Assembly (NCBI GenBank): GCA_964521515.1
Contig: CAZFRW010000002.1
Location: 1 to 63,490 of the forward strand
DNA from: an uncultured Thermococci archaeon
GTDB lineage: Archaea; Methanobacteriota_B; Thermococci; Methanofastidiosales; Methanofastidiosaceae
DNA: 63,490 nucleotides
Direction: 5' to 3'
Position 1 is the first letter of the stretch; every line of letters starts with the position of its first letter. Below are positions 58,784 through 63,490 of the stretch, one piece after another. The notes under the pieces are model-generated. The model saw nothing but the letters and a program-made list of their open reading frames with translations. It did no database searches and was not told the origin of the DNA. Made by a program: the position numbers and the translations under genes.

Positions 58784-60226
58784 TTATTTTTTCTTTTCTT
58801 TGGTCTTTCCCTTGCCTTCGTATTCAAGAGAGAGATAGAGAATAATTCCAACTACCAAACCGATTGCGGGTGCAGAGAAGAATGGACTTCCCCAGAGTTT
58901 GATGTAGTTTGCCATAATCAAAGATCCAGCCATTATACCTGCAATAGCTCTCTGAACATTAGTCTCACACATCTCCATAGCAAGGTATGAACAGAGATAT
59001 CCTTGAATTAACAAAGTTAGACCGAATCCAATGTTTTTGGCAGGTAGCATTATCTGAACTATTGGGTTAAGCAATAGAGCAAGGGTCATACCCCAGAACA
59101 TACTTGTTGCTCCTCCCCAGTAGGTGTATTCCTGCTCGGGTGTTGCGTGCATATATCTCTGAACTACTAGTGCCTGTCCTCCAGTCCATTGTGGACCTAG
59201 TAATGGTACGTAAGGTAGGAATAAACCTTGGATTAGATTTCTCCATCCAGATATGATGTGTGTTCTGCCTATGTGTACAACTACTTTTTCATCTGGTCTT
59301 GCTTCATCAGCTTGTTTAATCAAAGCTTTGAGAACGATAATATCTCCAAAACATATGATATAAGCTACCAAAGCAACGGCAATTCCTGCACCGAACATTG
59401 TAGCAGATGGCCATCCGACTCCAAAGACAGATACTTCATCTATCATTCTTTGGAATGGCATGTCAATGAAAACTCTTGAGGTAATTACTGCCATATCGAC
59501 CTTGATTTCTCCAGTTATAACTCCTAGAATATAACCTATAACGAATCCAGGAACTATTCCAAATCCGGCAATCCATGCAAATATCTTATTGCTCTTTCTC
59601 CATGAAACTGCCCTCTTAGAGAACAGAAGGAATAGAGACAAGAATGATGATACTAGAAAAGATACTGGTAAATCTTTTACGAATGGTTGTGCTGGATTGA
59701 AAATTCTCTCTATGGATGCTAAACCTGATCCTAGAAGAATACCTGCTGTTAGTGACTTTGGAATATGTTCTACCAAGTGTCTACCTGCTCCAGATACACC
59801 AAGAATTATGAAAACAGCGGCCAATATTAGCTGAACTGCAATCAAAGCTTGCATTCTTTCAATATATACTCCAGATGGACCAACGATTTCCGTTGAGAAC
59901 GATTCAAAGTATGCTACGTAAATTGGTATACCGGGCGTAATCCAACCGGCTATTGATGGGTCACCGAAAGAAGTGTGCCATAGATAGAAAAGGTTGTTTA
60001 TCATTACCATGAATACTGCTATCTCAATTGGTACTCCCAATGTAGGCTGCATTGTTGCCGTGATACCTAAAGGTACACACGCCAAAATCATCCCTTGGAT
60101 AAAATCCTGGTATTCGATTGGGTAGTGGTAGAATGGTAATCTAAGCTTCAAAAAGCTGGGGTTTATGGAAGGCTGCTCTTCGTATCCAGGTTTTCTCCTT
60201 GGACCAAAATATCCAATTCCTGACAT
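58784..60226 (-). CDS. Polytopic membrane protein (putative transporter), paralog A
   Basis: 480 aa with >=10 TM helices. GGAGG lies 9 nt upstream of the ATG, and there is a C-terminal Lys-rich tail. No family recognised by eye. Confidence 0.6.
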   Translation of the reverse strand: MSGIGYFGPRRKPGYEEQPSINPSFLKLRLPFYHYPIEYQDFIQGMILACVPLGITATMQPTLGVPIEIAVFMVMINNLFYLWHTSFGDPSIAGWITPGIPIYVAYFESFSTEIVGPSGVYIERMQALIAVQLILAAVFIILGVSGAGRHLVEHIPKSLTAGILLGSGLASIERIFNPAQPFVKDLPVSFLVSSFLSLFLLFSKRAVSWRKSNKIFAWIAGFGIVPGFVIGYILGVITGEIKVDMAVITSRVFIDMPFQRMIDEVSVFGVGWPSATMFGAGIAVALVAYIICFGDIIVLKALIKQADEARPDEKVVVHIGRTHIISGWRNLIQGLFLPYVPLLGPQWTGGQALVVQRYMHATPEQEYTYWGGATSMFWGMTLALLLNPIVQIMLPAKNIGFGLTLLIQGYLCSYLAMEMCETNVQRAIAGIMAGSLIMANYIKLWGSPFFSAPAIGLVVGIILYLSLEYEGKGKTKEKKK

Positions 60227-60257
60227 TGTTTTTTTCCTCCATTTTTTTTTTTGATTT
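59919..60257. repeat. 339-bp tract identical to 63037..63375 (5' leader + first ~103 codons of paralog A)
   Basis: Base-by-base visual comparison of the two tracts found no mismatch. The identity stops abruptly at both ends. Confidence 0.85.
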
Positions 60258-60530
60258 AGGCATACCTATATAATTTAGTAAGCCCAATCAATTGTGACTA
60301 ATCAAGATCCTATATAAGGTTATTGGTTAATACATATATTAATATCGGCAAATAAAGAAAATATATAAATTATATTAAAATAATTAAATAAAATATAATT
60401 AAAAAATATATACTAAAGATTATATATATTTATAATAAAATATTAAATAATCCTATAATATTTAGACATACCTAAAATATCGATAATTAAAAGTCCTAGA
60501 AAGATTAGTATAATGACGAAAATAAAAGAA

Positions 60531-61373
60531 TTAAATATTTTTATTAAAAAAATCCAATAATGCTTTAGCTTCATCTTCGGCTACATTCTTTGAATAATAC
60601 TGGCGAATACCCTCATATCTAATTTCCAATAGTTTGATATCTCTAACTACATACGCTTCAAGTCTATCAATCATGTAATAAGCGCCAGCTTCGGTATCTA
60701 AATAGTTGTCTTCTTGGTGGGGCAAAGCTTTCTTTGAATCTCGGATAAGTTCAATAAACTTCTTTATATCTTCTTTTGCTCTAACCCTTTCAAATCCTGC
60801 TTTCGTATAAGAGTCGACTAAATCTGTGATCTCTGTATAATCGATAGATTTTAAAGTTTTAATCTTCTCAACTCCCTGTACATAATGAGCAAGTAATTGT
60901 TTCGCAGTATTTTCATGTTTATAGAAGCTCTCTAAAGATTTCTCTAACGTTTCCGCATCTTTTTTTGATAAAAACAATTTTGCAGTAGGCACGAAATAAT
61001 CTGCCTTTGATTTATATTCTTTGACTTTTTCGATCTCCTCCAGATTTCTCACTATATACTTAAGGTTTTCTGAGGGAGTTATTCTGACAAAAAGATTTAC
61101 GGCAAGACAAATTTTAAAAGCTTTTTCTTTATCTTTTAGGATCTTCCCATCTTCATCGACAATGACTAGCTTAGAAAGATCTTCCTTTCTCAAACTCTTT
61201 AAATAGTATAAGCTACTATAATATAGATGATTGCCCAATTTAACTGGGATATACGTTTCAAATATCTCTTTCTCACCTTTCAATGCAGTAAAGGCTTCGA
61301 ATACAGGACCTTCTTCTAAGTAGACTATCCATGGAAGCAAAGATAACTTTTTATTGAGTATTTTGTCAAACAC
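60531..61373 (-). CDS. Hypothetical soluble protein
   Basis: 280-aa helical Lys/Glu-rich ORF with no recognisable motif. It is located between the two paralogous membrane-protein genes. Confidence 0.45.
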   Translation of the reverse strand: MFDKILNKKLSLLPWIVYLEEGPVFEAFTALKGEKEIFETYIPVKLGNHLYYSSLYYLKSLRKEDLSKLVIVDEDGKILKDKEKAFKICLAVNLFVRITPSENLKYIVRNLEEIEKVKEYKSKADYFVPTAKLFLSKKDAETLEKSLESFYKHENTAKQLLAHYVQGVEKIKTLKSIDYTEITDLVDSYTKAGFERVRAKEDIKKFIELIRDSKKALPHQEDNYLDTEAGAYYMIDRLEAYVVRDIKLLEIRYEGIRQYYSKNVAEDEAKALLDFFNKNI

Positions 61374-61552
61374 ATGAACACCTATTTCAATACTTATCCG
61401 GTCTCGCTATTATGAAGTATGTCACTGCACAAAGAACAACAGCTATTAACAAATACCTAAGTGTCAATTGGCCAGTCATATATGCCCTAATACCATAAAC
61501 TACACATACCAACAAAAGTACATATCTAAAAATATCTCTGAATTCCATACTA

Positions 61553-61780
61553 TCACTTCTTTACTATATATTTTACATTAATATACTGAACTATTAAGAA
61601 AGTTACTATAAACCATCCCCATTGTATTGTGTTGCGGAGAGGATCGCCTTCTAATAATTTACCTATTAGAAAAAGACCACCAATAACTACAATTAGGCTT
61701 AATACAAAGAAAGGCAAGCTTCTTTTCAAGAATGCCTTTGATCCCATCTTTTTTCTTTTCGAAATCTTTACTGTTACCAT
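61553..61780 (-). CDS. Small membrane protein, unknown function
   Basis: 75 aa with a basic N-terminus and 2 TM helices. It lies immediately downstream of paralog B. Confidence 0.35.
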   Translation of the reverse strand: MVTVKISKRKKMGSKAFLKRSLPFFVLSLIVVIGGLFLIGKLLEGDPLRNTIQWGWFIVTFLIVQYINVKYIVKK

Positions 61781-61907
61781 TGTATCTCCTACGTTAAGAA
61801 TTTAAAAAGTTTATAAGAGTTTCCATCTAAACAAAATATCCAAAAAATATATTTACATATAAAAGAGCATATAAATTTAAAAAAATAAAAAAGAAAATTA
61901 AATTAAT

Positions 61908-63344
61908 TTATTTTTTCTTTTCCTTTCCCTTACCTTCGTATTCGAGTACTAGCCAGAGAATTACACCTGTTGCTAGACCCATTGCGGGTGCAGAGAAGAA
62001 TGGGCTTCCCCAGAGTTTGACGTAGTTTGCCATGAGCAATGCTGCTGCCATTATTCCTGCAATAGACCTTTGAATGTTATTTGTACACATTTCCATTGCA
62101 AGGTAGGAACATAGGTAACCCTGAATTAAATAGGTTAGACCTAATCCAATGAACTTGGCAGGTAACATTATCTGAACTATTGGGTGAAGTAATAGTGCAA
62201 GGGTCATACCCCAGAATATGCTTGTTGCTCCTCCCCAGTAGGTGTATTCCTGCTCAGGTGTTGCGTGCATATATCTCTGAACTACAAGTGCCTGTCCTCC
62301 AGTCCACTGTGGACCGCAGAATGGGAGGTATGGTACGAAAAATCCTTGGAGTAGATTTCTCCACCCAGTGATTATGTGGTTTCTGCTTATGTGCACTAGA
62401 AGTTTTTCATCTGGTCTTGCCTCGTCAGCCTGCTTAATCAAAGCTTTTAGAACGATGACATCCCCGAATGCTATGATGTATGCTACTACTGCAACAGCTA
62501 TACCTGCGCCCCATAGAGTGGCACTTGGCCATCCGACTCCGAAAGCGGTGAATTCGTTTATCAATCTGTCAACTGGCATTTCAATTATAAGTCTAGATGT
62601 AACAACTGCCATGTTAACTTTGATTTCTCCAGTAATAAGTCCCAAGATATATCCTATTAAAAATCCAGGAACTATTCCAAATCCGGCAATCCATTGCATT
62701 ATCTTGTTGCTCTTTCTTAGTGCTACTGCCCTCTTAGAGAACAACAGGAATATAGACAAGACTGCTGATACTAGGAAAGATACTGGTAAGTCTTTTACGT
62801 AAGCATTTGCTGGGTTAAAGATAGCTGTTAAGGATGAAAGCCCAGATCCTAAAAGAATACCTGCTACGATTGAGGTTGGGATACGCGCTACAAACTGTCT
62901 ACCTACTCCAGATATACCAAGCACTATGAACATTACAGCCAATATTAGCTGACATGCGATAAGAGCTTGTAATCTTTCGATATAGACACCTGTTGGACCA
63001 ATTAGCGTACTTGAGAATGTAGCAAAGTATGCTGAATAAATTGGTATACCGGGCGTAATCCAACCGGCTATTGATGGGTCACCGAAAGAAGTGTGCCATA
63101 GATAGAAAAGGTTGTTTATCATTACCATGAATACTGCTATCTCAATTGGTACTCCCAATGTAGGCTGCATTGTTGCCGTGATACCTAAAGGTACACACGC
63201 CAAAATCATCCCTTGGATAAAATCCTGGTATTCGATTGGGTAGTGGTAGAATGGTAATCTAAGCTTCAAAAAGCTGGGGTTTATGGAAGGCTGCTCTTCG
63301 TATCCAGGTTTTCTCCTTGGACCAAAATATCCAATTCCTGACAT
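61908..63344 (-). CDS. Polytopic membrane protein (putative transporter), paralog B
   Basis: 478 aa when started at MSGIGYFGPRRKPGYEEQ. This is the same ATG and GGAGG leader as paralog A; the 14-codon TTG extension in the ORF track is rejected. Outside the identical N-terminus it looks about three-quarters identical to paralog A by eye. Confidence 0.6.
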   Translation of the reverse strand: MSGIGYFGPRRKPGYEEQPSINPSFLKLRLPFYHYPIEYQDFIQGMILACVPLGITATMQPTLGVPIEIAVFMVMINNLFYLWHTSFGDPSIAGWITPGIPIYSAYFATFSSTLIGPTGVYIERLQALIACQLILAVMFIVLGISGVGRQFVARIPTSIVAGILLGSGLSSLTAIFNPANAYVKDLPVSFLVSAVLSIFLLFSKRAVALRKSNKIMQWIAGFGIVPGFLIGYILGLITGEIKVNMAVVTSRLIIEMPVDRLINEFTAFGVGWPSATLWGAGIAVAVVAYIIAFGDVIVLKALIKQADEARPDEKLLVHISRNHIITGWRNLLQGFFVPYLPFCGPQWTGGQALVVQRYMHATPEQEYTYWGGATSIFWGMTLALLLHPIVQIMLPAKFIGLGLTYLIQGYLCSYLAMEMCTNNIQRSIAGIMAAALLMANYVKLWGSPFFSAPAMGLATGVILWLVLEYEGKGKEKKK

Positions 63345-63375
63345 TGTTTTTTTCCTCCATTTTTTTTTTTGATTT
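63037..63375. repeat. 339-bp tract identical to 59919..60257 (5' leader + first ~103 codons of paralog B)
   Basis: See 59919..60257. The offset is exactly 3118 nt throughout. Confidence 0.85.
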
Positions 63376-63490
63376 GAAAAAGTCAATTGACTTAATCAAC
63401 ATGTTTGAATATATACTCTTTAGCAGATATTAGCTAAAAATAATATACTCAAACAAACATATTTTAAGGCGATTATATATAAACTTTTCG

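Noticed and set aside
60227-60530. The extremely AT-rich 300-bp spacer, considered as a replication origin or a degenerate CRISPR leader/array.
   Set aside because: I saw no repeated ORB-like or direct-repeat units of constant length on inspection, and there is no orc1/cdc6 or cas gene nearby. It is more simply a long promoter/terminator spacer.
63345-63386. A 14-codon N-terminal extension (TTG start, MTFSNQKKKWRKKT) of membrane-protein paralog B.
   Set aside because: The extension reads through the A11 run and the GGAGG Shine-Dalgarno-like element. In paralog A the identical leader is closed by an in-frame TAG, so both genes most likely start at the shared ATG (MSGIGY...).
58142-63490. The tRNA-Val/tRNA-Ala pair followed by duplicated genes and unknown ORFs, considered as an integrated mobile element or genomic island.
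   Set aside because: No integrase, transposase or plasmid/virus hallmark gene is present. I found no direct repeat of a tRNA 3' end that could mark an att site.

Overview
AT-rich archaeal chromosomal segment (roughly one-third G+C by eye, not computed). It is very densely packed: about 60 protein genes and 5 tRNA genes, with many abutting or overlapping stop/start junctions. The archaeal assignment rests on a thermosome, Pth2, an archaeal-type ThrRS with the N-terminal editing domain, a Cgi121-like protein, tRNA genes without encoded CCA, and BRE/TATA-like promoters. An anaerobic flavour comes from superoxide reductase plus desulforedoxin, IorA, class II RNR and HypB. Housekeeping content includes ftsZ (truncated at the left edge) behind a small RHH gene, a pth2-purA-nadB-like-thrS string, ubiX, gcvH, nrdJ, uvrA, a Lon-like protease, argG-argH and a serA-like gene. 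I saw no rRNA, CRISPR array, transposase, integrase or obvious prophage. The most unusual items are listed here. (1) A three-gene operon pairs a protein with a TiaS-kinase-like domain, but without its tRNA-binding parts, with a short homocitrate/isopropylmalate-synthase-family enzyme and a ThDP enzyme. (2) Two paralogous ~480-aa polytopic membrane-protein genes share a perfectly identical 339-bp 5' tract although the rest of the genes has diverged; they flank a small cassette of unknown genes. (3) A translationally abutted LuxE/LuxC-like acyl-activating/acyl-reducing pair. (4) A cluster of RCK (TrkA-N/TrkA-C) domain proteins including a TrkA-N-DHH/DHHA1 phosphoesterase, with no ion-transport gene nearby. 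(5) A free-standing desulforedoxin mini-gene in frame with, and 9 nt from, a 1Fe superoxide reductase. (6) A long co-directional putative cell-envelope cluster. All family assignments come from motif recognition by eye; no searches were run.
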